From an uncultured delta proteobacterium (lineage in GTDB: Bacteria > Desulfobacterota > Desulfobacteria > Desulfobacterales > Desulfatirhabdiaceae): a DNA stretch of 64,000 nt. Numbering within the stretch: position 1 is the first letter of the stretch; the number at the start of each line of letters is the position of its first letter. The stretch covers positions 32,001 to 96,000 of the forward strand of contig CAWBKP010000011.1 in assembly GCA_963789395.1 (NCBI GenBank). The letters run 5' to 3'. The position numbers and the translations under genes are program-made. The notes below the pieces were generated by a model. The model saw only the letters and a list, made by a program, of their open reading frames with translations, did no database searches and had not been told where the DNA came from. Shown here piece by piece: positions 40,083 to 52,183 of this stretch.

Positions 40083-41996
40083 CTGATCTTTAACAGCATT
40101 TTTCATTAGCGCGAAATTAAATGCCCGAAATTATGGAATACCGGGCTACTATTTTAGGGAAAATCTCTAAAGTGTGGTGCCAAAAACAATTGATATATTT
40201 CTTGATTAATATGATTATATAGTTTAATAGTGGGGTGTCAAATAAGGAGACTCCCCATGTTCGCCAGAGTTAAAAAAACAGGCCAGTATCAGTACCTGCA
40301 GATCGTCCAGAACCGCAGGGAAGGCAAAAAGACGATTCAGCGGGTTGTCGCAACGCTGGGAAGGCTTGAAGAGCTCCAGCAAAAGGGTGACATTGAAAGC
40401 CTGGTGCGTTCCCTCTCCAGGTTCTCCGAGACCGCCTTGATGATCCTCTCCGGCAAAAGCATTGTCAATGCACAGACAAGCTCGATTGGCCCGGCCTTGA
40501 TCTTCGAGCGCCTGTGGCGGGATCTGAAGATCGGAAGAACCATTGGACGTCTCCTGGAAGGCCGCAAGTTCGAGTTCGATGTCGAACGGGCGATCTTTCT
40601 GACGGTTCTGCACAGGCTCTTTGTTTCGGGCTCGGACCGATGCTGTGACAAGTGGCAGCGGGATCTGGTTGTAAGCGGCAGCGAGGATCTCAAGCTGCAT
40701 CATCTGTACCGGGCCATGAGCTTTCTTGGAGAAGAGATTGCGGATCAGCGGCACTGCTCTGCTTTTACTCCAAGATGCACGAAGGATGTCATCGAAGAAG
40801 ACCTGTTTGCCGCCAGACGGGATCTGTTCACGGGTCTGGACTGTGTCTTCTTTGATACCACTTCCATCTACTTCGAGGGTGAAGGCGGCGAAACCATCGG
40901 AGAGTACGGCCACTCCAAGGATCACCGGCCGGATCTCAAGCAGATGGTGGTGGGAGTTGTCCTTGATGACCAGGGGCACCCGGTGTGCTGTGAGATGTGG
41001 CCGGGCAACACGACCGATGTCAAGTCCCTCATCCCTGTTGTTGAACGGCTTAAAAACCGCTTTCACATCAGGCAGTTCTGTGTCGTGTGTGACCGGGGGA
41101 TGATCAGCAAAGATACCCTTGACTGGCTTGAGCAGAACAAGATCCTCTACATCCTGGGAGCCAGGATGAGAAACAGCAAGGAGGTCAAGGAGGATGTGCT
41201 CTCCCGTGCCGGGCGGTACCGGGAAGTTCGCCCGGAAGGGACATCAAGCAATGACCCTTCTCCGTTGAAGGTCAAAGAGGTCATGGTTGATGGGAGCCGT
41301 TACATCGTATGCCGAAATGAGAAACAGGCAAGAAAAGATGCCTTGATCGCGATGCCATCATCGCTTCTCTTGAAGACAAGCTCAAGTCCGGTCCCAAAGC
41401 CCTTGTGGGCAACAAGGGCTTTCGTAAGTACCTGAAGGCGGAAAAAGACAGCGTATCGATCGACCGGGACAAGATCGATCAGGAGTCCCGCTATGACGGC
41501 AAGTGGGTACTAAAGACCAACACCCGGCTATCCTCTGAAGAGGTGGCGCTGAAGTACAAGGAACTGTGGCAGGTGGAGCAGGTGTTTCGGGATATGAAGT
41601 CAATCCTTGAAACAAGGCCCATCTACCATCAAACCGATGAAGCCATCCGGGGCCATGTCTTCTGCAGCTTCCTTGCCCTGCTTCTTCGCAAGGAGTTGAA
41701 CGCAAGACTTGAGAAAGCCGAACTTGACCTTGAGTGGGCGGATGTCAAGCAGGACCTGGCTGCTCTTCATGATATCACCATCGATGAGAACGGTAAACGG
41801 CTTACCATCCGCAGCGAGTGTCTTGGCTGCTGCGGGAAGGTCTTCAAGGCGGTAGGTGTAGCTATCCCTCCCACTATTCGGGAGAATGTTTAGACTAATA
41901 TTTTGTCAAAGAGCAATTTGTGGTGCCAAGAAACTTTTGAGGTGGCGTATTTACTTGAAATAGCACGAAAATAATTTTTGTGCTGTTAAAGACCAG
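40083..41996 (+). mobile_element. IS1634-family insertion sequence (1914 bp)
   Basis: TIRs CTGATCTTTAACAGCA / TGCTGTTAAAGACCAG (15 of 16 match) and 5-bp target duplication CTTGA (40078-40082, 41997-42001). Confidence 0.9.
40257..41893 (+). CDS. IS1634-family DDE transposase (frameshift near 41345)
   Basis: FDTTSIYFEG, GHSKDHRPDLKQ, VCDRGM, YKELWQVEQVFR and RPIYH motifs. Confidence 0.9.
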
Positions 41997-42819
41997 CTTG
42001 AGAAGATGCCGGCATTGGATCCGGGAACCGTTGCATTTTCTGCGCATGCTCTTAACAACTATCTATCGGTAACCGGGGGCACCGTCGAATTGCTACTCTG
42101 GTCACTGGAAGACCATCCGGACCCCCAAATCCGAAATTGGCTTGAAGGATTGAGACATGTAACTGAGTTAATGCGTCAATCGGTCAGTCAGTTAATGACA
42201 TCGTCGGCACCCAAGGATGTCAAACTCCGGTTCTTGAAGTGGGACTTAGACCCGTTGGTTCGACGGACATGTAAATATTACCAGCGCATCGCGGACGGGA
42301 AGAATATCTCAATTGTTTGTGAGTCCAGCATCGACATCCCTCCGGTATGGACCGATCCAGTGGCGGTCGGGGCTGTAATGGACAATCTCCTTTCAAACGC
42401 GGTAAAGTATTGTTTTCATGGAAAGCGGATTTTGGTGCAGATGCGGGGGGAAGTGGCAAGTGTGGTTTGCAGTGTACGTGATGAAGGACCAGGATTGAGC
42501 ATAGAGGATCAGACGAAACTGTTTCAGCGAGGTGTCCAGCTCAGCTCCGTACCCACGGGGGGAGAAGCTTCTAGTGGCTATGGATTGGCGGTGGCTAAGG
42601 AGCTGATCGATAAACTGGGCGGGGATCTATGGTGTGAGAGCACGTTAGGGGCCGGTGCTTGCTTCTCGTTTCGCCTACCGGCGTATCAGGAACAACTGTA
42701 GACGACAATTACCAATGTGCGGGAAGCGCACCCTGCATGTTTTGATGGGGTCCAGTAAAAACGGACAAAAAGTTAAACAGCATTAAATACTCATGTGATA
42801 AAGCACAGGAGACGCCCAG

Positions 42820-43926
42820 ATGAAAATAGCCAAGTTCGAACTTGAACGTTACCTCGCACGATATGAGTTCTCCGCCCCATACCTCTTGTGTGCTTCGGAC
42901 TGCGAGAGCATGGAACTCCGGGAATTGTTGGCGCTTGAACCGGGGGCACACGAACAGCTCGATTCGCTCTGGCTCGGCTACACAGAGTCACAGGGTGATT
43001 CAAAGCTTCGGCAAGCCATCACCGTGCTGTACGAGCACATCGCCGCCAATCAGGTTCTCGTCCACACCGGAGCTGAGGAGGCGATCTTCAACTTCATGAA
43101 CGTCGCCCTTGTCCCCGGAGATCACATCGTCGTGCATGCTCCATACTACCAGTCTCTTGGCGAGGTGGCTCGAAGTATCGGAGCCGAAGTATCCGAATGG
43201 AAGGGTGATTTTGACCGCGCCTGGGAGCTCGACCTTGATGTCCTTGAGAGCCTTCTCACGTCCCGCACGAAGGTGGTGGTGGTCAACTTTCCGCACAACC
43301 CGACCGGATACCTGCCAACACCGGAGTTCGTTCGCGAGCTATCCGCATTGTCCGACCGTTACGACTTCATCATCTTTTCCGATGAAGTTTATCGAGGGCT
43401 CGAACTCAATCGCTCCGATCGACTGCCTGCCCTCGCCGATGTGAACGAAAGAGCGGTTTCCCTGGGAGTGATGTCGAAGACGTACGGCCTTGCCGGACTC
43501 CGGATCGGCTGGCTCTGCACCCGTAACAATGATCTTTTCAGGGAACTCGCTGCTTTCAAAGACTACACGACCATCTGCAACAGCGCACCGAGTGAGTTCC
43601 TGGCAACCATTGCATTGCGGCATGCCGAGGTGATAGCCGAACGGAACCTGCAGATCATCCGCGGCAACCTGGATCTCCTTGACGGCTTCTTCGGCTCACA
43701 TCAGAAGATGTTTGGCTGGTCCCGACCGCGGGCCGGGTCCATTGCGTTTCCGATGCTGCTTCAGGGAACGGTTAATGAATTTTGTGCCGACCTGCTCAAA
43801 GAGGCCGGAGTCCTTCTGCTGCCGGGGACGCTTTACGGTAAGGGGTTCAACGCGTTTCGCATCGGATTTGGCCGTAAGAACATGCCAGAGGCCCTTGAGA
43901 GGTTCGGACGGCATCTGTACGGATAA
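42820..43926 (+). CDS. PLP-dependent aminotransferase class I/II
   Basis: NFPHNPTG, SDEVY and SKTYGLAGLRIGW motifs. Confidence 0.92.
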   Translation: MKIAKFELERYLARYEFSAPYLLCASDCESMELRELLALEPGAHEQLDSLWLGYTESQGDSKLRQAITVLYEHIAANQVLVHTGAEEAIFNFMNVALVPGDHIVVHAPYYQSLGEVARSIGAEVSEWKGDFDRAWELDLDVLESLLTSRTKVVVVNFPHNPTGYLPTPEFVRELSALSDRYDFIIFSDEVYRGLELNRSDRLPALADVNERAVSLGVMSKTYGLAGLRIGWLCTRNNDLFRELAAFKDYTTICNSAPSEFLATIALRHAEVIAERNLQIIRGNLDLLDGFFGSHQKMFGWSRPRAGSIAFPMLLQGTVNEFCADLLKEAGVLLLPGTLYGKGFNAFRIGFGRKNMPEALERFGRHLYG

Positions 43927-44028
43927 CAAACGTAAAACCTGACAGGAATCGATTGGCTGCATTTGACAATACAAGGCCATGAGGTCTTATTTGCTGGATA
44001 AACGAAATATGGTGTGCACAAAGAAAAG

Positions 44029-44359
44029 ATGCAGATTCTGATCAAAATCGTTATCAGCCTGATTGTTATTGTCGCCGCCACGTTGATTGGCAAAAACTGC
44101 CATCCGCTGCAGGTCTTATTGGCGTGATGCCGATTACCGGTGCACTGGTTCTGGTGTGGGTATATCTGAGAACAAAGGTGATCCGCAAATCATGCAGGAC
44201 CTTACCAGGGGAGCACTATGGGGGATTTTGCCAAGCTTCCTTTTCTTTCTCGTGGCTTTCGCCTGTTTTAAAAAGCAACTTTCACTTCCCATTGTCCTCA
44301 TCGCAAGTTTCGCCGTGTGGCTGGGGGCGGCTATTGTCCACCAGTGGCTATTGAAATAA
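44029..44359 (+). CDS. DUF3147-like small membrane protein (two frameshifts)
   Basis: MQILIKIVISLIVIVAATLIGK / PSAAGLIGVMPITGALVLVWVY / NKGDPQIMQDL...WGILPSFLFF across three frames. Confidence 0.6.
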
Positions 44360-44405
44360 AAGAAACGTATATGTTTAATTTTTTCATTGTATCGCTTTTC
44401 GGAGG

Positions 44406-44781
44406 ATGGATATGCTTCACGACTTTGGCACCGAATACGCAAGAAAATTGATGCCGCCGGAAAAGGCTGTGTCACTTATTCCCGAACAAGGCAATTTGGC
44501 ACTCGGACTTGCCGCCAATGGACCGCCTGCACTATGTGCGGCACTGGCAGAACGAGCCCGCAGCGGTGAAAAACGGAACCGTTTCCAAAATCGTTCCGAG
44601 GATTGATGGGATTCTCACTGAAACGCGAATGGAACCCATGTGGGTAGTGACCGAACATGGGATTTGCAACCTCAAGGGTAAAACCATAAGCGAACGGGCA
44701 CTCGCCATGATAGAGCTTGCCGATCCAAGGTTTCGGGACGACCTCCTCCGCGAAGCCAAAAGCATGAACCTTGTCAGGTAG
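44406..44781 (+). pseudogene. Acetyl-CoA hydrolase/transferase remnant with a large internal deletion
   Basis: The N-terminus (YARKLMPPEKAV..PPAL) abuts the C-terminus (SKIVP..VVTEHGICNLKGKTISERALAMIELADPRFRDDL) out of frame near 44565. Confidence 0.75.
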
Positions 44782-44911
44782 TTTCACCAGGAAACAGGTC
44801 TTTTTTTTCCAATGGGAAGGGAGTATACGGGGCCTGTCTTGCCCGCTTCAGGATTTTTCCAGTTGATTTTTATTTTCTCATCAGGCAACTATTTAACAAA
44901 TGGAGGGCGCC

Positions 44912-45691
44912 ATGTCTCTGGTGTTGAGTGAGTTCGATCAGGAAACAGGCATAATCACTCTGAACAATCCGGAAAAAAGAAACTGCCTGAGTCATGCCTT
45001 GATACAGGATTTATTCGCCGCTCTTGACAATTTCCTGCAGTCAGGAGTCCGCGTTGTCATTCTGCGGGCTATGGCGGAAACAAAAGTCTGGAGTGCAGGT
45101 CATGATGTAAGTGAGCTTCCTCTACCCGGCCGCGATCCTCTCCCTTACAATAGCCCTTTTGAGCAACTGCTGCGTTGCGTCCAGGACTACCCGGACCCGA
45201 TTATTGCCATGATTGAAGGCGGTGTGTGGGGCGGCGGATGTGATCTGGCTCTCTCGTGCGACATACTGGTCGGCTGCCAGACGGCTACATTTGCGATGAC
45301 ACCCGCCAAGATCGGCATTCCCTACAATCCGGCCGGTATGATTCACTTCATTAACGTCATCGGGTTGAACAAAGCCAAGGAAATGTTTTTCACGGCAGCT
45401 CCCATGACGGCTGCTGAAGCGCTGAACCTCGGTATCCTGAATCATCTTGTGGCAGTCGAAGTGTTGGAATCGTTCACAAAAGAGCTTGCCGGAAAAATTG
45501 CAAAGAATTCGCCCCTTGCCATTCGCGCACTCAAACAGCAATTTCGCCTGCTTTCCAAAGGCCATCCCATTGATGCGGAGACATTCGAGAAGATCGGAGC
45601 AATTCGACGCACTGTATATGACAGCAAAGATTACTGTGAGGGGATTCAGGCATTTCATGAAAAACGTCTCCCCCGGTTTTGCGGCGAGTAG
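44912..45691 (+). CDS. scpB: Methylmalonyl-CoA decarboxylase (crotonase superfamily)
   Basis: KVWSAGHDVSELP..GRDPL, EGGVWGG and FAMTPAKIGIPYN motifs. Confidence 0.85.
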   Translation: MSLVLSEFDQETGIITLNNPEKRNCLSHALIQDLFAALDNFLQSGVRVVILRAMAETKVWSAGHDVSELPLPGRDPLPYNSPFEQLLRCVQDYPDPIIAMIEGGVWGGGCDLALSCDILVGCQTATFAMTPAKIGIPYNPAGMIHFINVIGLNKAKEMFFTAAPMTAAEALNLGILNHLVAVEVLESFTKELAGKIAKNSPLAIRALKQQFRLLSKGHPIDAETFEKIGAIRRTVYDSKDYCEGIQAFHEKRLPRFCGE

Positions 45692-45749
45692 CCGTATTCA
45701 GGGAAGGTTGGGACGCTGCTAACTATTTAACTTTTAGTATTGGCGAATT

Positions 45750-46373
45750 ATGAAAAGAATAACCATCTCGGGGTTGCCTCATCATGTTATCCAGCGCGGG
45801 CTACACGGCCGGCCGACTTTTTTGAGCGATAATGATTATGCCACCTACCTTGAGATATTGACTGAATGCAGCAGTCGTCACGGCGTGGCGGTCTGGGCCT
45901 ACTGCCTGATGCCTGATCATGTGCATCTCATTGCCCTCCCCGGAGAAAAGAACGCGTTATCAAACTGCCTCCGAGCGGCACATGGACGGTACACAAGATA
46001 TATAAACCGCCGAACCGGCAGTACCGGACAGTTCTGGCAGGGACGATACGCCTCACATCTTCTGGATGACCAATACCTGATTGCCTGTGCTCGTTATATT
46101 GAGATAAATCCTGTCAAAAGAGGCTATGTTGACCAACCGGAAGATTGGCCATGGAGCAGCGCGCGGGCACATGTCATGCAGCGTGATGACATTTTAGTGA
46201 AGGCAAAACCGTTGCTTAAACGCGTTGAAAAAAATTGGCGGGATTTTCTTTCCGAAAGCAGACCAGCAGCGGAAGCGGATTTGTTTTATCTCCACGAAAA
46301 GAATGGGCGGCCCCTTGGCAGCAATGTCTTTCTGGCCATGGTAGAGAAAAGACAATTTAACATGTTCGGATAG
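45750..46373 (+). mobile_element. REP-associated tyrosine transposase (Y1/HUH, RAYT-like)
   Basis: PHHVIQRG, YCLMPDHVHL, FWQGRY, YIEINPV and WPWSS motifs. Confidence 0.85.
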
Positions 46374-46504
46374 TTGGTTTTGTATGCCGTGCAGGCAGAT
46401 ATCGTTATTTGCCAACGCTACAATTAAAGATTTCGTAAAAAAGCAACTATTCTGAGGATAAGCCAGATTCGTGAATTTGTTTTAACAAAAAAAGGAGGTA
46501 TCAA

Positions 46505-46780
46505 ATGAAAAAAACGATAATTGGCAAGGTAGTTCGAATCGGGGCGGCGGTTGCAGTGTTCGCATCCGGGTGGTTTTGCGGGACCCTGAGCCAGCGCAGC
46601 GCAGAAGCGCAAATCGGCGACCTGGGGAAATCAGTCATGGATAAGGCCGGCAATCAAGGCGGCGCGCTCGGGGCGGCGGCAAAGCTCGGAACGTCTATCA
46701 GCGAAATCCAAACGCACCTGAACGAGCTGCAGAAAAACGTCGATACACTCAAGTCCGTCAAGACAATGCTTGGCGGCTGA
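46505..46780 (+). CDS. Small exported hypothetical protein
   Basis: AAGGAGGT RBS, signal peptide ending AEA, coiled-coil-like tail. Confidence 0.7.
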   Translation: MKKTIIGKVVRIGAAVAVFASGWFCGTLSQRSAEAQIGDLGKSVMDKAGNQGGALGAAAKLGTSISEIQTHLNELQKNVDTLKSVKTMLGG

Positions 46781-46983
46781 GAACCCTATAACGCATAAAA
46801 ATACAGGTGGGCTTGGATCGGTAACTCGATCAAGGCCGGACCGGACCGTAAGGCAGAGATATACCCTCAGCCGTCAACTCTGCCTTACGGTATGCATTCC
46901 TTTTTAATTCATTGTATCAGGAGGCTGGCAAGAAAATTTGGCGCGATGCCGTGCAACCAAAACGACCGATCAACGAGGAGGGT

Positions 46984-47463
46984 ATGATGACGAATGAACG
47001 ACGCAAGTCGCAGCGTATGGCTGTTAAAACAACGGTTGATCTGATGTTGGCCGGCGATAACGGTGAAACTTTCGCCGGACCCGTCATTGTTGAACTGAAT
47101 ACGTTTTCGTTGCATGGTGGCAGCGTTGTACTGCCAAGTATGCAAGCGGGCGGGATGCACTTATTTTACGGCCATAAAGAGCAGGAGAAGTGTTGCTTGA
47201 TGTTGCGTTTTGTAGACGGCTCAGGCCGGAGTTACATGATTTCCTGCAGACCGGCTTGGTTCGATAAGGAACTTGACGCAGACCCTGCTTATTATAAGTT
47301 GGGGTTCGAGTTTTCCAGGACAGAGGATCGAGACAACATCAAACTGCTCGATCGGATAGCACGGGGGAAGTCTGAAAAAAACCTGTTCGACGTCTTTGGC
47401 AATCTTTTTTCGAGCAGACGGACGGGTTCGAGAGGATCTGGCGACGGTAACACGGTAACATAG
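46984..47463 (+). CDS. PilZ-like domain protein
   Basis: ERRKSQR (RxxxR), FSLHGG and LGFEF motifs. Confidence 0.65.
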   Translation: MMTNERRKSQRMAVKTTVDLMLAGDNGETFAGPVIVELNTFSLHGGSVVLPSMQAGGMHLFYGHKEQEKCCLMLRFVDGSGRSYMISCRPAWFDKELDADPAYYKLGFEFSRTEDRDNIKLLDRIARGKSEKNLFDVFGNLFSSRRTGSRGSGDGNTVT

Positions 47464-47938
47464 CAGGCAATCAAAAATATTTTAATACTTTTTGGGACAA
47501 CAACATCTTTGTATATTACCCACGGATGTCACAAATGAGAGTTCCTGCCAAGTTTGTCAAGGATTGTCTGCCTTGGCTTGTATTGGCTCTTCACGGCGAT
47601 AAGGCATTATCCTCCGGCAATCCAGAATAACATGAATACCTCAAACCACATTCACATGCCTGCGGCTGACGAAGACAATCGAGATATGATTTTAAAGCCC
47701 AATCAGATGCTTTCTGGACTCACAGGGCAGGAAGATCGTTCGTAAGGATCGTAAGAGAGCGCCTTTTAGATTTTTCCGTAAATGAAGGATATGCAGCCGC
47801 TCCCAGAATTGGGTTGGCCCGCCTTGAACGGAATCAGACCGGTTCCTGAGCCGCTTTTCGATTGAAATTTTCAAAGAGCCATACTGTTACAACATTTTTA
47901 TGATTTAAACAACTACGGACCAACCACCACACGCCCAT

Positions 47939-50198
47939 TTACCAGAGCAGCCGGATTGGTGTGATCATAAACATGCCGCTGGAATACCGAGCTCCGGATT
48001 CGGGGAATGCGGTATTCAGGAATTGCCACAATGCCATCCATTCTTTGAGTTCCTGCACACCATCTGCTGGGCTGAAGTCGATACGGAAATTCATATAATG
48101 CAACTGATCTGTCGGATCTGTAAAATTAATCGGATCTCCTGCCTTATCCTTTGGAATGATGGAAAGTCCGTACGGATTAATCATGCCGTTGACGATGTTC
48201 AGCAATTGCAGTGCGTAAAGGTCCACCACGACATGGTACAGCGTTTCGTCTGGAGCTATCTGAAGTCGCGGAGACCCGTGCATAAAAAATCCCCCGGAGC
48301 ATACAACGAAACCGATCTGCACACCTTTTAATGACTGCGCACCTGCAACGCTGTAATCAATCTTGCTCCCCGAGAAATTCAGATAAAAGCTCCCGTATCC
48401 TGGCTGCGCGGACATCGTGAGTCCCACTTCACTGATAATGTAAATCTCCAGGCCGGTCACATAGATTGACATGAGCGGAAATCCGGGCGCGGGCTGAGTC
48501 GTATCCGGAGAAATCCCCAGGGGCAGACAGTTATAAACGTCCGCAAACGAGATATTCCCCGTGTTGCCTTTAAGCAGTGGGTCTCGGATAACCCCGGACC
48601 CTACAATCGCCAAATCATAAGGATTCCCGTCATTCAAATGCCGTTAACCTTGTTGGCCACAGCCCGAAGAGAATCCGCGCAAAGGCTGCCAAGACCGGTT
48701 ATCCGGTTCAGAGCTACGGGATTCATTTTAAGGTCAAAATCAGTCTTTGAAATAATTTCGCTCTGCCCGCTTGAAAGTCCAAGCACTGAATTCAGGGTCG
48801 TATCCAGCGCCCCGTTATAATCATTAACCATATATTGAACGGCTGCGTCACCCGCTACCGTATCGTCTACAGGTAGAAGGGTAAAATCAAAAGCAACAAT
48901 GCGGCCGAGTTTTTTGCTGTATGTAAAATCCAGTCTGCTTACATATTCTCCATATTCGCCGGGAGAAAATATGATGGTACTGGAGCTGCCTTTTACAAAA
49001 GGCGCATGGGTTGCGGTGTGATAATGGCCGGAGGCGATAATATCGATACCGGTCACATATTCGGCAAGGTCCGCATCATCGCCGGTACCGTCGGGTTCGA
49101 TACCACCGTGGGACAGTACGGCTACCAGGTCGACATTGTCTTTGTTGCGAAGACTATTTACCTGATCTTGTATAAACGGATAACTGTGATTGAATGTTAT
49201 CGGCGGCGCAACCGGTGCGTCTTTATCGGCACCCGGACCCACCAGTCCCAACAGGCCAATTTTAAGGCCATTGGGCAGATCGATGATTTTCTTGTTCACG
49301 ATAACGCCCGCTGCCATGAGCGATTCGATATTGTCATCACCCTCTTTATTCGGGTCAGCTATCGTGTTGGTCGCAACAACCGGAACGGTGAAACCGTTTG
49401 TGGCCCGCTTTGCAGAATCTTCGCAAGCCCATCCGGCGACCAGTCGAATTCATGGTTGCCCAGGGTGATGGCGTCGTAGTCCATGAGCTGAAAAAATCGC
49501 AGCGCCACCGGATCCGCAACCGTCATATCATAAGTGGTCCCCATATACCAGTCACCGGAATCCACCAGAAGCGTCGGGATTTTCTGGGCCGCCTGCGTGC
49601 CCTGACGGTTTCGATAACCGTAGCCAGTCTGGCATAGCCACCGCGGACAACATCGTTGCCGCCGCCATCCGGCGTATAATCCAGAAACGGACCGGCACCG
49701 CTTGCATGGTCATGCACATCGGATGTCTGCAAAATGGTGGCATTGATACCCTTTGCCATCGCGTTGATTGTATCGGAGCCTTTAAAATCATCGCCATTGA
49801 CTGTGCCACTCACAGTCATTTCCGTTGAACCCGCAAACAAGTGTGACTGCACTGTCTGCCTGTCAAACTTCAGCATCAGATCCGGCTTGCCATCCCTGTC
49901 GTAATCTCCGATGTTAGATGGTTTTAGCTCTGCAGGGACAACATACCCGTTCACGTTCAATGTGACACTGCTTTTATCGATTTTTCTCACATCATACGGA
50001 GCTGGAAGTTCGATATAGGCGGTTATCCATTTTCCATTACTTTCAAGGTTGATTGTGTTAGGATCAAGGTTGATGGTTGCTGTTTATTGGTATTGGTATT
50101 GGTTCAACTGCTGAAACAACAGAAAACTGTGCAAATACTGCGAGCATAACGAGGATAGAAACAGCGGAAGATTTTCTCAAAAAACGTATTATCGTCAT
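47939..50198 (-). CDS. Secreted 5'-nucleotidase / bifunctional metallophosphatase (several frameshifts; 3' end approximate)
   Basis: Signal peptide from 50198; ILQTSDVHDH, GGYARL, DSGD, TLGNHEFD, LSHGG and SGHYH across adjacent frames. Confidence 0.8.
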
Positions 50199-50465
50199 TG
50201 GTTCCCCTCCTTTTTAGATGAGTAATCGATGATGATAGGCGGCAGGAAAATGCATTTTGTTGACACAATATCCCTTAACGTTTTTTATAAGTCAATTGAA
50301 TAATTCTTCAGGCATTTTTCATATTCTGGTGAAATAAGGGCGTAAATCTGCATACATGTAAAGATCCAAGGTTGACACAAAATTTTATTCATGATTAGAG
50401 TAGGTTAAATCGATGCGGGTTTCATTCTGCTTCCAAATAACCAAAGAATTTACAGGATGGATTAA

Positions 50466-52058
50466 ATGGTGCAAATTTATCATGGGAAAATCATCTCTTT
50501 GGATAAAGATAACAATATCCACGCGTATCTGGTTGAAGACCAGGGGCGGATTGTCTTTTTGGGAGACTCTCTGCCGACTGAATATTCAGCCGCCGGCAAT
50601 TCTGATGTTGTAGAATTGAACAACCGCGTCCTGATGCCGTCTTTTGGAGATGCCCACATGCATTTTTCAAACTGGGCATTGATTGCTGTTTCATCTTTTG
50701 ATGTGAGAGAAGCCATAGATATCAGAGAAATCCAGCAGATCATTCAAAATGAACTGGCAAAAAATAAAAAAAAGAAAGCAATTATCGCCTTTGGAGCATC
50801 CAAACACAGCGTTAAGGAAAAAAGGCTGATTTACCGCAAGGAACTTGACGCTGTGTGCCCGGATATTCCCTTGGTTCTTGTCTGCTATGATGGCCATTCT
50901 GCGGTTTTTAACAGCAAAATGATGGGAAAATTTCCTGACAATGTTAGAAGCCTTCGCGGGTTTGATGCTGACAAAGGACATTTATTCAACGAAGCATATC
51001 TGGCAGGCACTGATTATGCCGTATCACTGGTTCCCCCGCTGGATCTTGTAAACAGCATCTTAAAAAGTTTTGATCTGCTGGCGGAAAAAGGGATCGGCCT
51101 GATCCATGCTACAGAAGGAATCGGATTTCCCAATGACCTTGATATTACGCTGGTAAGCCTGATTGCACGCGCGGTCGCAAAGAAAAGCCGGTTTCAGACA
51201 AGGCTGTTTTTCCAGACCATGGACGTGGGAAAAGTATTAAAACGCAAACTGCCTCGAATAGGCGGGTGTTTTGACACCGCCCTTGACGGATGTTTCGGCG
51301 CCTGTGATGCCGCTTTGCATGAACCGTACAGCAATAACCCGGAGAACAAAGGCATTCTGTTCCAGGAAGAAGGCGACGTTATAGAATTCGCCAAAAAAGC
51401 GAATCGAGAAGGCCTGCAGATTGAAATGCATGCAATCGGGGATGCGGCCGTCTCTCGGGCGGTAAAAGCAATTGAAGCCGCACTGCTGGATCATCCCAGA
51501 AAAGACCACCGGCATACGATTATTCATGCGTGTCTCATTCCTGAAGAAGATATCAAAAAAATCGCCGCTCTCGGCATCGGAATTACCATGCAGCCGTCAT
51601 TTCTGATCAGCCCCCTGGAACCGCCGTCATACATAGAGGAAATCCTGGGTTCACGCGTTAAAATGAGCTCTCCTGTCAAATCGCTCATCGATGCCGGCAT
51701 TCATGTCAGCGGCGGGTCAGATGCTCCGGTAACCTTTCCCGATCCCATAGAAGGAATCTTCGGTGCGTGTAATCATCCCTATGATCCGGCTCAGTCTGTT
51801 TCCATTGTCGATGCATTAAAGATGTATACCTATGAAGTAGCCTGGGCCAGCTTTGATGAAAAGGACCGAGGGAGTCTGGAAACAGGGAAAATTGCGGATA
51901 TGGTGATCATGAACCGGGACCCCTTGAGCATGAGGCCTGAAGACCTCCGTTCATTAAAGGTGGAAAAGTTATTTTTGAGCGGAAAAGAATATCAATCCGG
52001 CATGGGAATCGCTGGAATGCTCTGGAATGGGCTGATTGGCAGAAAGGAAAAAATTTAA
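50466..52058 (+). CDS. Amidohydrolase family protein (YtcJ-like)
   Basis: PSFGDAHMH, DGHSA, HAIGD, GSDAP and GSLETGKIAD motifs. Confidence 0.88.
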   Translation: MVQIYHGKIISLDKDNNIHAYLVEDQGRIVFLGDSLPTEYSAAGNSDVVELNNRVLMPSFGDAHMHFSNWALIAVSSFDVREAIDIREIQQIIQNELAKNKKKKAIIAFGASKHSVKEKRLIYRKELDAVCPDIPLVLVCYDGHSAVFNSKMMGKFPDNVRSLRGFDADKGHLFNEAYLAGTDYAVSLVPPLDLVNSILKSFDLLAEKGIGLIHATEGIGFPNDLDITLVSLIARAVAKKSRFQTRLFFQTMDVGKVLKRKLPRIGGCFDTALDGCFGACDAALHEPYSNNPENKGILFQEEGDVIEFAKKANREGLQIEMHAIGDAAVSRAVKAIEAALLDHPRKDHRHTIIHACLIPEEDIKKIAALGIGITMQPSFLISPLEPPSYIEEILGSRVKMSSPVKSLIDAGIHVSGGSDAPVTFPDPIEGIFGACNHPYDPAQSVSIVDALKMYTYEVAWASFDEKDRGSLETGKIADMVIMNRDPLSMRPEDLRSLKVEKLFLSGKEYQSGMGIAGMLWNGLIGRKEKI

Positions 52059-52183
52059 TCCACGGTTTGCATCGGGCCGCTGTTAACGATCGAGAAGCAT
52101 TATCCGATGTTCTCGCGGGCAGATGACACACCTGCATTTCTGGAGGTACTGGCCGGCAAACACGTGACAGAGGGCCGAATTGA

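Larger units (their letters stand above)
40005..42701 (+). pseudogene. Small histidine kinase gene interrupted by an IS1634 element
   Basis: ...AELEQALCEL (to 40082) rejoins EKMPALDPG...HALNNYL...NAVKY...GYGL in frame when the IS and one target copy are removed. Confidence 0.8.

Noticed and set aside
36884..41996. Composite transposon carrying lysE between two IS1634 elements
   Set aside because: The elements have different TIRs and each has its own target duplication, so they are independent insertions.
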